The notes beneath the pieces were generated by a model that worked only from the letters and a program-made list of their open reading frames with translations, was not told the DNA's origin and made no database searches. Below are positions 43,691 through 52,705 of a stretch of DNA of 64,000 bases, piece by piece. Each line of letters opens with the position of its first letter. Within the stretch, counting starts at the first letter, position 1. Source of the stretch: an uncultured delta proteobacterium (GTDB lineage Bacteria; Myxococcota_A; Polyangia; Polyangiales; Polyangiaceae); contig CAVQUB010000005.1 of the NCBI GenBank assembly GCA_963716725.1, positions 96,001 to 160,000 of the forward strand. Direction: 5' to 3'. The position numbers and the translations under genes were made by a program.

Positions 43691-44487
43691 TGTACCGCAA
43701 GCACTTCGGCCTCACCCGCCACCCCTTCGCCAAAAACATCGAGCCCGACGAGCTCTTCGCCTCCGGTGCGCTCCGAGAACTCGACGCCCGGCTCGCCCAT
43801 CTCCTCGACTTGCGCGGCATCGGTGTGGTCACCGGTGAGAGCGGCAGCGGCAAGACCACCGCGTGTCGGAAGATCGTCGCCGGTCTCCACACGGGTCTGC
43901 ACCGCGTCCTCTACGTGTCGCTCACCACCGGCAACGTGATGGATCTCTACAAGACCATCGCCTGGGAGATCGGCCTACCCACCGAGCGCAACCGCGCCGC
44001 ACTGTTCCGGCAGATCCGGACCGAGGTGACGCGGCTCTGCAGCGAGGCCCGGCAGAAACCGATCCTGATCGTGGACGAAGCTCATCACCTCAGGAGCGAC
44101 GTGCTCGAGGACCTGCGCCTGCTCACCAACTACGCGATGGACTCCGACAACCGCCTCTGCCTGGTCCTCGTCGGACACCCGGAACTGCGCCGCCGCCTCG
44201 GCATGGCGGTGCACGAGGCGCTCTCGCAGCGCGTCGTCGTGCGCGCTCACGTCCCGGGTCTTGCCCGTGACGAGCTCGGCCCGTACCTCACGCACCTGCT
44301 CCGACTCGCCGGAACCGAGCTCGAACTCTTCGAGCCCGCAACCCAGGAGGCGATCTTCCAGGCGTCGAACGGCCTGCCCCGGAAGGTGAACCTGCTCGCT
44401 CACCACGCGCTCATGGCCGCCGCGCTCACCAAGAGCAGGACCGTCACGACCGAGCACATCCAGTCCGCCATGGCCGAAGTCACCTGA
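43690..44487 (+). CDS. ExeA-like AAA ATPase (transposition helper)
   Basis: 'MYRKHFGLTRHPF', Walker A GESGSGKT, Walker B 'LIVDEAH'; TGATG coupling to the transposase. Confidence 0.92.
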   Translation: MYRKHFGLTRHPFAKNIEPDELFASGALRELDARLAHLLDLRGIGVVTGESGSGKTTACRKIVAGLHTGLHRVLYVSLTTGNVMDLYKTIAWEIGLPTERNRAALFRQIRTEVTRLCSEARQKPILIVDEAHHLRSDVLEDLRLLTNYAMDSDNRLCLVLVGHPELRRRLGMAVHEALSQRVVVRAHVPGLARDELGPYLTHLLRLAGTELELFEPATQEAIFQASNGLPRKVNLLAHHALMAAALTKSRTVTTEHIQSAMAEVT

Positions 44488-44663
44488 GCCCAGCGCCCGG
44501 CGACGGTCCACAAGGCCCGGCGGAGATCCACGTCTCCGTCGGGCCGCTCCCTTTCTGCCACCACCTCGCCACGCCCACTCGACCACCGCACTCCGGGAAA
44601 CCACCCCGAGGGCATCACGAAAATGCCCGGGATTCGGGCGGGGGAAGAGCGTGGGAAACTACA

Positions 44664-45013
44664 GCCAGCAACGAGAGCGTCCAGCGCGCTCGCCCAGCCG
44701 GCGGCTCCGAGCACGCCGTCGCGATCAGCAACGCTTCCTCCTTCGCCGCGAGCTTGCGCTCGGCGCCGGGTCGAGGTTCCTCGCTGAGCGCCGCCTCCAG
44801 GCCCTCTTCGGCGAAGCGCCGCTTGGTTCGATAGACCGTTGACGTGCCAACGCTGACGTTTGCGGCGATGGTCGCGTCGCCAGAGCCGCCTGCAGCTGCC
44901 AGCAGGATCTGAGCTCGCTTCAGTCTGCGAACGCGCTCCTTGCCGGCCTGGATCATGCCCCGAAGCAGTTCGCGCTCCTCCGACGTCAACGTGATGCGGT
45001 ACCGTATGTTCAT
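44664..45013 (-). pseudogene. IS630 transposase, N-terminal HTH part
   Basis: 'RAQILLAA…TVYRTKRRF…ACSEPPAGRARWTLSLLA'. Confidence 0.9.
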
Positions 45014-45051
45014 GGTGGTTCCTGCAGCCCATTGATCATGAGAGTGCTCTC

Positions 45052-45339
45052 TTGTCGATCCCCCCCTCCAAGTCGCGGTTCACGGAAAAGCAGGGCCAGT
45101 ACCTTGCCTTCATCCACACCTACGGCTTGCTCAACCGCCGCTCGCCGGCCGAGGCCGACATGGAGAACTACTTCGGAGTGACGGCCCCGTCCGTCCATCG
45201 CATGGTCGTCGAACTGGAGCGGCGCGGACTGATCCGTCGGGTGCCGCGGCAGCCCCGAAGCATCGAGGTCTGCTTACCTGCCGCGGAAATTCCGGCGCTA
45301 CGCTCGCAATCGATCGAATCCTCTGCGTCGAGGTACTAG
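45052..45339 (+). CDS. LexA-like winged-helix DNA-binding protein (IS passenger)
   Basis: 'FTEKQGQYLAFI..Y..PAEADM..YFGVTAPSVHRMVVELERRGLI.R.P..PRSI'; no peptidase domain. Confidence 0.75.
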   Translation: MSIPPSKSRFTEKQGQYLAFIHTYGLLNRRSPAEADMENYFGVTAPSVHRMVVELERRGLIRRVPRQPRSIEVCLPAAEIPALRSQSIESSASRY

Positions 45340-45389
45340 TGTTCTCGAGCAGGATCACGTTCGTCCTGCTGCGCGTCTCGCCGGCGCTC
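45336..45389 (-). repeat. R1 right part: copy of the 4Fe-4S gene 3' end
   Basis: Encodes SAGETRSRTNVILLENT with three synonymous changes relative to 52721-52774. Confidence 0.95.
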
Positions 45390-45603
45390 TGATGCTGCCC
45401 CCATCCGCGCGTCCTCGGCCGCTCCACCCCTTCGGGTATGCCCCTCCGGGCACTTTCAAGGATCGTCGCGAAGCGCGTTGCGGCCTGCGGCCGCTCGACT
45501 TCCCCCAAAGCCGTGCTCGCAGGCAGCGCGAGCGGCGCGGCCGTGAATTGCGCTGACTGACTCTTCGCGCTGCCTGCTGCGCGTGGCAGGGGGAAGTGGC
45601 GCG
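45390..45603. repeat. E1: conserved palindromic element
   Basis: tgatgctgcccccatccg…acttccccc(45498-45506)…gggggaagt(45589-45597); has an extra ~55-nt insert in the first hairpin. Confidence 0.9.
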
Positions 45604-45606
45604 CTC

Positions 45607-46178
45607 GCGTCCGGTGATGTTGTCGCTGGATCGATGCGTTGTCTCAACGGCTCGGCGGCGGAACCTCAGCGTCTGGGGGCGAGTGCCCACTTGATCGGCT
45701 TCGAGACCGTCGGCTTCGAACACGCCCTCCACCTCGTCCGTGCAGTTCGTCCGGTTGCTGCCGGCACCCAACGGCGCATGGTTGGTCTCCCGCTACGCAG
45801 GCACCACGTCTTCGGAGCAGCCGCCCATCATGTTGCTTCGTCTCGACGCAGGTGGCGCGCCCCTGGGGGCTCCAGCGCCCGTCGCGCACAATTCGTTCTA
45901 CGGCCTGCCGGGGTTGGCGAGCCTTGGGGAACGCGTCGCAGTCGCCGTAACCGATCCCAACGATCCCCTCGGCACGACCTTCGAGATCCGCATTGTCAAC
46001 GCGGCGCACCACCTTGCATCAACGCAACTATCAACCGAGCAACACCTTCGCCGAACCCCGCCTCAGCCTGATGCCATCGCCGGACCAGGACCAGTTGCTA
46101 CTCGGTTGGTCGTCGCCGGCGCCCGGCAACAGCGTATTGGCGGCGCGCGTCGCAAGGTTTTGCGTGCCGGGACCTTAG
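45607..46178 (+). pseudogene. Frameshifted 3' fragment of an exported beta-rich protein gene
   Basis: Coding-like segments in successive frames ending 'VARFCVPGP*'; no start before E1. Confidence 0.45.
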
Positions 46179-46199
46179 GGGCCTCCCCTCGCCTCGTCC

Positions 46200-46814
46200 T
46201 CAGGCCGACGAGCCAAGGTTCAGCTGAGCCAGTGCTTCTAGGACCAACGTGCGCCTTGATGCCGCTTTGATTCGGGCGGCCATCTTTCGGGCAAGTGCGA
46301 AACTGAAGCCGCGGGGGAACTCAAGCTCCGGCAACGCGCGAAACTTTCGCGACCGAGCGGGCCGGAGGTAGAGAAAGTCCACCAGCGCTTTCTCCGCCAC
46401 AGCCACCTTCGCGCCCAAACGTGGGTCCGTGTCAAAACCGAAAAAGAAGTGCGGCGCCAGTGTGTGAAACGAGACAGCCGCTATTGGCGTCTTCACGCGG
46501 CGCGACGGGCCCAGGGTCGCGGCGTAGACGATCGCGGGGATCTGCTCGATCAATCCGTGATGATGGAGCGCCGACTGGAATGACACATAGCTTGGAGTGG
46601 GTGCGCTGAGTCGTTCAGGCACGGCGAACGCGTGCAAGCGGTCCCGAAACGCCCACCGGCCTCTGTGTAGACGAACCAAATGTCCGGCTTCGGCAAGACG
46701 TCGAAGAACGACCGACACTTGCTTCGGCGGGCGAGCAAGGCAGGCCGCCGCGTCGCTCGTGGAAAACGCGGGACTCAGCCTTTCGAGCAGCCGCAGCGCT
46801 TCAATAGAGGTCAC
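46200..46814 (-). CDS. abiEi: Type IV TA antitoxin, AbiEi family
   Basis: N-terminal wHTH; 'YVSFQSALHHHGLIEQIP', 'AEKALVDFLY'; GTGA coupling. Confidence 0.85.
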   Translation of the reverse strand: MTSIEALRLLERLSPAFSTSDAAACLARPPKQVSVVLRRLAEAGHLVRLHRGRWAFRDRLHAFAVPERLSAPTPSYVSFQSALHHHGLIEQIPAIVYAATLGPSRRVKTPIAAVSFHTLAPHFFFGFDTDPRLGAKVAVAEKALVDFLYLRPARSRKFRALPELEFPRGFSFALARKMAARIKAASRRTLVLEALAQLNLGSSA

Positions 46815-47566
46815 GTTGCAGGCCGCTCCAGTGCGGTGACGACGCGCAATACCAACTGATCCCATTCGGCCGAACTAGCCGGCACGTTTGGTTCGTCCTC
46901 CGGAAGAAATGCCCGCACTTGTCCGAGATAGTCATCGAAGCTCACCGTCATCGCATTTGCCACAGCTCCTTCGAAGTCCCCGCGACCGCTCTCAGAAACG
47001 TCCGGCGGCCACTGTCCCGCGCGGAGGAGCAAATCGAGATCAAATACGTCGCGCGCCTGGGTTTCGACACGGCGCGCGAGTGCTCGTGCTTTCTGCACGA
47101 ATGCGGTCGTCGACGTGTAGTGAGAAAGGAATACCGGGGCAAGGCTGTAGCGCCCGATGAGCATCGAGTCGACTGGATCGAACGACGTGCCTTGGTCGAC
47201 GCCGCGTCGGCTAAACTCGATCTTCGTGCGCAAGCTGGCCGCGGGCGCGCTGACGTCGAGTGCAATCTTCCAGCGCTGGGTGGTGTCGGTCTGTTTGGGG
47301 GTCGTGATCTGGCCCACCGTTAGCCCATGCGTCGCCAAGGCGAGGCGGAACGAGCGGGATCCCAAGAGGCGTGAGACCTTGTTTGTCAGCGTGCTCTTTT
47401 CGATGGTCTGGACATCGATATCCAAATCCTCGGAGTATCGGGGGCTCTTGAAAAAGAAGCGCAGGTTGCAGCCGCCCTTCACCGCGTACAGCTGCTTGTC
47501 GAGCTGTCGCCCAAGTTCGGCGAGGAAAACTAGATGAAAGCGCTCAACCGCCTGCCGATCTCGCAT
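46811..47566 (-). CDS. abiEii: Type IV TA toxin, AbiEii nucleotidyltransferase
   Basis: 'KGGCNLRFFFKSPRYSEDLD', 'KIEFS', 'QARDVFDL'. Confidence 0.88.
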   Translation of the reverse strand: MRDRQAVERFHLVFLAELGRQLDKQLYAVKGGCNLRFFFKSPRYSEDLDIDVQTIEKSTLTNKVSRLLGSRSFRLALATHGLTVGQITTPKQTDTTQRWKIALDVSAPAASLRTKIEFSRRGVDQGTSFDPVDSMLIGRYSLAPVFLSHYTSTTAFVQKARALARRVETQARDVFDLDLLLRAGQWPPDVSESGRGDFEGAVANAMTVSFDDYLGQVRAFLPEDEPNVPASSAEWDQLVLRVVTALERPAT

Positions 47567-47742
47567 TCCGCCATAATACAACGAATCAACACCCGAGTTG
47601 ATTCATACACTTATGGATCGTGCGATCCAGGATGACTCTAGCCAGCTTTGTGCAGTCTTTTCCGACACTTAACCTCCGTTGCGTCGCTGGCGGCGCGGGC
47701 ATATCGTTTGACGTAAAATGACATGCCCGCCAGGCTGGTTGA

Positions 47743-48036
47743 GTGATCCAGGGATTTTGCGATGCAGCTACCCAGGACATCCACGACGGCAGAACCACGA
47801 AACCGGCTAGAAACCGGCTCCCCGGCAGCCTGTGGCGGGTCGCAACGCGGAAGCTGGACCAACTGCATCGCGTGCTCGAACTGGCCGAGCTTCGGGTGCC
47901 GCCCGGTAACGACCTGGAGGCGTTGAAGGGGGACCGCGAGGGCCAGCACTCGATACGGATCAACGATCAGTACGGCATTTGCTTCGAATGGACCGGCGAC
48001 GGCCCGGATGCCGTCGAGATCGTCGACTACCACTGA
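47743..48036 (+). CDS. higB: HigB/RelE-like toxin
   Basis: 'LRVPPGNDLEALKGDREGQHSIRINDQYGICFEW…VEIVDYH'. Confidence 0.93.
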   Translation: MIQGFCDAATQDIHDGRTTKPARNRLPGSLWRVATRKLDQLHRVLELAELRVPPGNDLEALKGDREGQHSIRINDQYGICFEWTGDGPDAVEIVDYH

Positions 48037-48058
48037 GCCGAACCAGCTGAGAAACATC

Positions 48059-48385
48059 ATGACCAGAGAAAAGAAAAGCGGAGTCGGTCTTCCCACCCTT
48101 CGTCCACCGACGTCGCCGGGTGAGATGCTGCGTGAAGAGTTCCTCGTGCCGCTTCAACTCACCCAGAGCGAACTGGCCGAGCGCATGGGTGTGCCGGTGG
48201 GGCGTGTGAATCAGATCCTACAAGAGAAGCGCGCCGTGACCGCGGATACCGCGGTGCGCTTGAGCCGGGTGCTCGGCATGAGCGCGGAGTTTTGGCTCGG
48301 ACTCCAGACAGATTGGGATCTCTGGCGCGCCCGGCGTGAAGTGAATTTGAAGGCACTGAAGCCCATCCCCGTCAAGGCCGGATAG
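48059..48385 (+). CDS. higA: HigA antitoxin
   Basis: 'PGEMLREEFL..QSELAERM…TADTAVRL…AEFWLGLQ'. Confidence 0.93.
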   Translation: MTREKKSGVGLPTLRPPTSPGEMLREEFLVPLQLTQSELAERMGVPVGRVNQILQEKRAVTADTAVRLSRVLGMSAEFWLGLQTDWDLWRARREVNLKALKPIPVKAG

Positions 48386-48405
48386 CGAAGAGTGTGGCGT
48401 TCCCC

Positions 48406-48459
48406 CCCTACGACGTATAGCTGGTGTTCTCGAGCAGGATCACGTTCGTCCTGCTGCGG
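48406..48459 (-). repeat. R2: copy of the 4Fe-4S gene 3' end (15 bp shorter)
   Basis: Encodes RSRTNVILLENTSYTS* with three synonymous changes. Confidence 0.95.
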
Positions 48460-48619
48460 TGATGCTGCCCCCATCCGCGCGTCCTCGGCCGCTCTGCGGC
48501 CTCCGGCCGCTCGACTTCCCCCAAAGCCGTGCTCGCAGGCCGCGCGCGCGGCGCGGCGATGAACCGCGCTGCTCGACTCTTCGCGCTGCCTGCTGCGCGC
48601 GGCCGGGGGAAGTGGCGCG
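48460..48619. repeat. E2: conserved palindromic element
   Basis: Same 5' motif; stem acttccccc(48514-48522)/gggggaagt(48605-48613); similarity to E3 continues to 48663. Confidence 0.92.
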
Positions 48620-48702
48620 TCCCGCGTCCCGCCGGCTGCTGCTCTCGTCACCGCTCCGGCGGCAGAGCCATCGGGGCGGAGGGCCGGCACCGTGTGACTC
48701 GT

Positions 48703-49368
48703 TCATTCCTTGCTCGTGAGCTTCAGCATGCCGTTTTCGGCGAGCTCTTTCCGGGCCGCCTCGAACTTCCCCCAGTCGGCGCGGAGCACGATTCGGGCCT
48801 GGTGAGCCGGCGCCTCGGCGGTGGTGTCGCCCAGCGCGTCGCGTAGGATCACGATCACCGAATCGCCCGGCCGGACGCCGCCTCCCGCGAGGCCCTCGAC
48901 CCACCATCTCGAGCCCGGTGAGTGCCCAGCATCAGCGGTGGAGACTTGCCGTTCCACGCGCACCCGGTACTTCGGGTGCTTGCGCGGTTGAGCCACCACG
49001 CGCTCCACGACCGCGCGCACGATGACTGACGACAAGTGAATGTCGAAGTGCATGGCCAACCGTTGCCTCAGCTTTTCGACGAAAGCCGATGAGGCATCGA
49101 TGAGCGCGGGGTCGTCCACGCGCGAACCCTCGCCTTTCAGCCAGATGTGAAAGACCCGCGAGTGGGAGCAGCGGTCAGGTGCCGGGCAGGTGTCGTGCTC
49201 GACCTGGGTCGTGCGAAACTCGGCGCGGATACGCTGGAGCTCCGCGATTTCTCCGCGATCGAGTCGCGCGACGACGGCGGGGAACTCGGGGTAAGTGGCG
49301 GCCGAAATCAGGGCACGGCCATCGCGCATGACGATGGTTCGGTAGGGAGGAACGCCATAGCGAAGCAT
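48703..49368 (-). CDS. Hypothetical protein
   Basis: TGATG overlap with the upstream ORF; could be one frameshifted gene with it. Confidence 0.5.
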   Translation of the reverse strand: MLRYGVPPYRTIVMRDGRALISAATYPEFPAVVARLDRGEIAELQRIRAEFRTTQVEHDTCPAPDRCSHSRVFHIWLKGEGSRVDDPALIDASSAFVEKLRQRLAMHFDIHLSSVIVRAVVERVVAQPRKHPKYRVRVERQVSTADAGHSPGSRWWVEGLAGGGVRPGDSVIVILRDALGDTTAEAPAHQARIVLRADWGKFEAARKELAENGMLKLTSKE

Positions 49369-49883
49369 CACGGCGTCCCGTGCTGCGAGCACCTGCCCTC
49401 GCTGCTCCAATTCGAGGCGCTGCCAATGACCCAGGGCCCAGAGCCACAGTCCTCGGTCGAGCCGGCGAGGCGCGTCTTCGCGGGATACCAGGAACTCCAG
49501 TCGAGTGCGAAATCGAGCGGCGGCTCCCCATCCGAGAACAGGAGTTCGTCGACGTCGATGCCGACTCGTTGGCAGCCCGAGCAGAAGTGGGAGCGCCCGT
49601 CGTCGCTCTTCAGCTCCGCGGAGCCGATGACTGCGACCCAGCTGGCCAGCGTGAGCACCTCGACGGGCGGGCGCCGCGAGGGGGTGGCCATGGGAAGGCA
49701 GCCGTAGAACGCTCCCGGAGGTAACTCGGGTTGGCGCAGAGGAGGCGGTGCCGGTGCTGCGTTCGCAAGCGCAGGGGGCTCATCAGGGGGCTCATCAGGC
49801 GGCGCTTCGCAGGCCGGTGAGCCGGTGCACAGGATTGCCCAGGCGACCACCAGGCTGGTCCGGATGCCGGCCGTACCCGCCAT
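49368..49883 (-). CDS. Hypothetical exported protein
   Basis: Hydrophobic N-terminus, Pro-rich linker, Cys-containing domain. Confidence 0.5.
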   Translation of the reverse strand: MAGTAGIRTSLVVAWAILCTGSPACEAPPDEPPDEPPALANAAPAPPPLRQPELPPGAFYGCLPMATPSRRPPVEVLTLASWVAVIGSAELKSDDGRSHFCSGCQRVGIDVDELLFSDGEPPLDFALDWSSWYPAKTRLAGSTEDCGSGPWVIGSASNWSSEGRCSQHGTP

Positions 49884-50096
49884 CTCGGCTGAAGCTTAGC
49901 GCGCCGCGCGGCTCCGTGCTGCCGCGGCCGATTCAGAACCCCGAGCCCGGCTGCTTCAGGAGCTCGAGTCTCTCGGCCGTCGAGGCGCGGCCGAGCGTCG
50001 CGTCCCGGTGCGGGAAGCGACCGACCCCTGGAGAAACGCCGAGGGGCGAGCGAAATACGATCGCAGCGTGCGCGACGCCGTCTCGAGCCACGCCCT

Positions 50097-50165
50097 CCCT
50101 ACGACGTATAGCTAGTGTTCTCGAGCAGGATCACGTTGGTCCGACTGCGGGTCTCGCCGGCGCTC
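50097..50165 (-). repeat. R3: copy of the 4Fe-4S gene 3' end
   Basis: 69 bp with one synonymous mismatch to 52706-52774. Confidence 0.97.
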
Positions 50166-50325
50166 TGATGCTGCCCCCATCCGCGCGTCCTCGGCCGCTC
50201 TGCGGCCTCCGGGCGCTCGACTTCCCCCAAAGCCGTGCTCGCAGGCAGCGCGAGCGGCGCGGCGATGAACCGCGTTGCTCGACTCCTCGCGCGGCCTGCT
50301 GCGCGCGGCAGGGGGAAGTGCGCGT
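50166..50325. repeat. E3: conserved palindromic element
   Basis: Stem acttccccc(50220-50228)/gggggaagt(50311-50319) with nested stems. Confidence 0.92.
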
Positions 50326-50352
50326 CACGCGTGGCGCCGGCCTCTGCTCTCG

Positions 50353-52612
50353 TCACCGCGCCGGCGGCGTCGACTCGCCGTAGGTGTTGCTGCCCCAGCA
50401 CGCGATCGAGTGGTCGGCCCGGAGCGCGCAGGCGTGGCCGAACCCGACGTCCATTTGAACGAAGCGCCCCGCGGGCGGACGGATCAGCTCTTCGTTCTGG
50501 ACGCCGACGCAAGTGAGGGTACCGTCGAGCTCGATGACGCAGGCGTTGTACCGCCCGCCGGCATGCACGGAGCGGGCGAGGCGGCCGTGGAGGTTGCCGA
50601 AGGATTCCTCGAACCCCCAACACGCGACGACGTTGTCGATGTTGCGGGCGCAGGAGAAATGGCTGCCGCTGGTGATCTGGACGAAGGTGCCGGCCGGGGG
50701 ATTGGCCTGGCCGTTGTAGTTTGCCCCCCAGCACGCGAGCGTGCCGTCGGCGCGGATGGCGCAGGCGTGCATACCGCCCACGGCCACGTCCTGGAACTTG
50801 CCCGGGGGTGGGTCGTCCAGTCCATGGCCCTGGTTGCCCCAGCACGCGAGCGTCCCGTCGAGGCGGACGGCGCAGGCTGTCATCCCCAACGTCGAAACCG
50901 TCGAGTAGTGGCCGGGCGGAAACGCGCCGACGGAGTTCATCTGGGCGGTCGGCCAGCAGCTCAAGGTGCCGTCCCGCTCGAGGCCGCACGCCCGCAACGA
51001 AACATCAGGGTAGCCGGGCGTCAGTTGAGCCGTATCCTCGTTCAGGTAGCTGCCAGCCCAGAACGAGAACGCCGCGTGGGTGCCAAGGTCCTGGTAGCCG
51101 GGGTGCGGCGGGCTGTTGGCGGGGTCGCTCAGCCACTCCTGCTGCATGTCGTTCATGGCCGCCATCGCGAAGCAATCCGAGAGGCCCTCGTAGATCGCCT
51201 TCTCCTCCGTCTTGTCGGCGGGGCGTGGCAAAACGTCTTCCCACAGCGAGTGCCCGAGCTCGTGCGCCAGGACCATCGGATCGGCTGAGGTCTTGAAGCG
51301 CTCGCCGCCAACGCCGACCTGGATGACGCCGTTGTCCGTCCCGAGGGACGTGTTCAGCCTGGTGAACCAGGCCTGCTCCGCGTACCCCCGCTGCCACCCG
51401 ACGTAGCGCACCGGGATGTTGCTGCCCACCCGCTTCGTGTAGCCGTTCTTCTTGAAGTAGCGCAGCGCGCGCTCCCCCCAGTATTGCCCGTTCACCGCGT
51501 GTCGGATCAGGGGGTCGTTGCTGATCCAGGAGTTGTCGGCGTCGCGGAACACGTCAGCCTGATCGAACTTCGGATCGACCAGCGGGCTGTCGCGGAACGT
51601 CACGACATCCTGCGAGCCCACGAGGCGGTCCGGTGTGCCCCACTCGTTGCACGACACCAGGGCCCAGGGGTTCTGCTCTTTCGGGTAGTAGGTCGTCGAG
51701 AATCGGCGGAGGCCCAGATCGGTGTCCAGCCCTTCGCCCTCGTTGTAGAGGCAGAGCCAGAGTGGGATGAGCGCGTTCTGAAACGCCGCTTGCCCCGCGG
51801 TGATGGCCTTCCCGATGGGCTTGGTGGAGCCTGACGACGAGTGCGACGCCAGCTGGATGATCCGACTGATCTGGCCCGACGCGGCATCGACCCACACGTC
51901 CGCGACTTGCTGGGCGACCACGTCGTCGCTCGTGAGGCGCACGGCGTACACGAGCTGATCGTTCCCGCGACGCACCTCGGTGGCTCTGCGGGCGCCGCCG
52001 AACATCGCGGGCTCGCGCACCACCAGGAACGGCGGCGGATACTCGCGGGCGGTGAGCGGGATCGACGAAAGCTCTGGCGCCACCTCGAGCGCGCGCGCCA
52101 CCGCCTCGTCGGGTGCGATCTCTTCCTCGGGTGGCGCGAGATCGGGTTGCGCGGTGCTCACGATCGAGGCGATGGAGATCCCGTCGCCCGCGATGTTCAG
52201 CGCAATGCGCGCGCCGCGCACGAGCGCACCGCGGTGGCGTTGTTCCAGCGCGACGACGCGCCAGTTCGCTTCTCCGGGCAACGCTTCGAGCGTATCGACG
52301 TCGGGCGTGAGCCCGAGCAATGTCAAGACCGCGGGCGACGTCGCCAGATCGATCACGCGCGCTCTTCGCTCGGCGTAAACGCGCCGCGCAATCGCCGCCG
52401 GCATCGGACGCTCACGTGCGCTCGCGAGCCAGAACTTCGCGGTGCGGCTCAGCCCCGGGATCGGGAACGTCCGCTCCCACTCGATGATGCGGACGTTGTC
52501 ACCCGTGCGATCTGCAGGGGGGGGGGGGCAAAGCGTTGGCGTCGTTCGAGGCCAGCAGCATCGCGGTGAGCGCGAACGCCAACGTTCGTACCGTCTGCCC
52601 ATGTCGCATCAT
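50353..52612 (-). CDS. Secreted M4/M36-like zinc metallopeptidase with C-terminal RCC1-like repeats; signal peptide out of frame at a G12 tract
   Basis: 'LAHELGH' with downstream 'YEGLSD'; repeats 'HACAIRADGTLACWG'; signal MRHGQTVRTLAFALTAMLLASNDANA is in frame only with G11 or G14. Confidence 0.75.
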
Positions 52613-52705
52613 CCACCTCCCGAGGGCAACGGTACGCGGCGCGATCGGTCCGCGCAATGTGCGCGTTGTCGCACGATGTGGGCCCGCGCGTTCCGAGCGC
52701 GACCA

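Larger units (their letters stand above)
41406..44663 (+). mobile_element. 3258-bp three-gene transposon (accessory ORF + DDE transposase + AAA ATPase) nested in IS630
   Basis: TGTAG…CTACA ends; 6-bp TSD GCCAGC (41400-41405, 44664-44669); excision restores the IS630 frame LSLLAGAM. Confidence 0.92.
40581..45336 (-). mobile_element. IS630-family element inserted at CTAG, carrying a LexA-like gene and interrupted by a nested transposon
   Basis: Perfect 17-bp TIR tacctcgacgcagagga (40582-40598 / 45319-45335), CTAG on both sides (TA duplication). Confidence 0.93.

Noticed and set aside
50099..50989. 296-aa ORF ending in the same peptide as the 4Fe-4S protein
   Set aside because: It is an alternative-frame read-through of the RCC1 gene and E3 into R3, with Arg-rich shadow composition.
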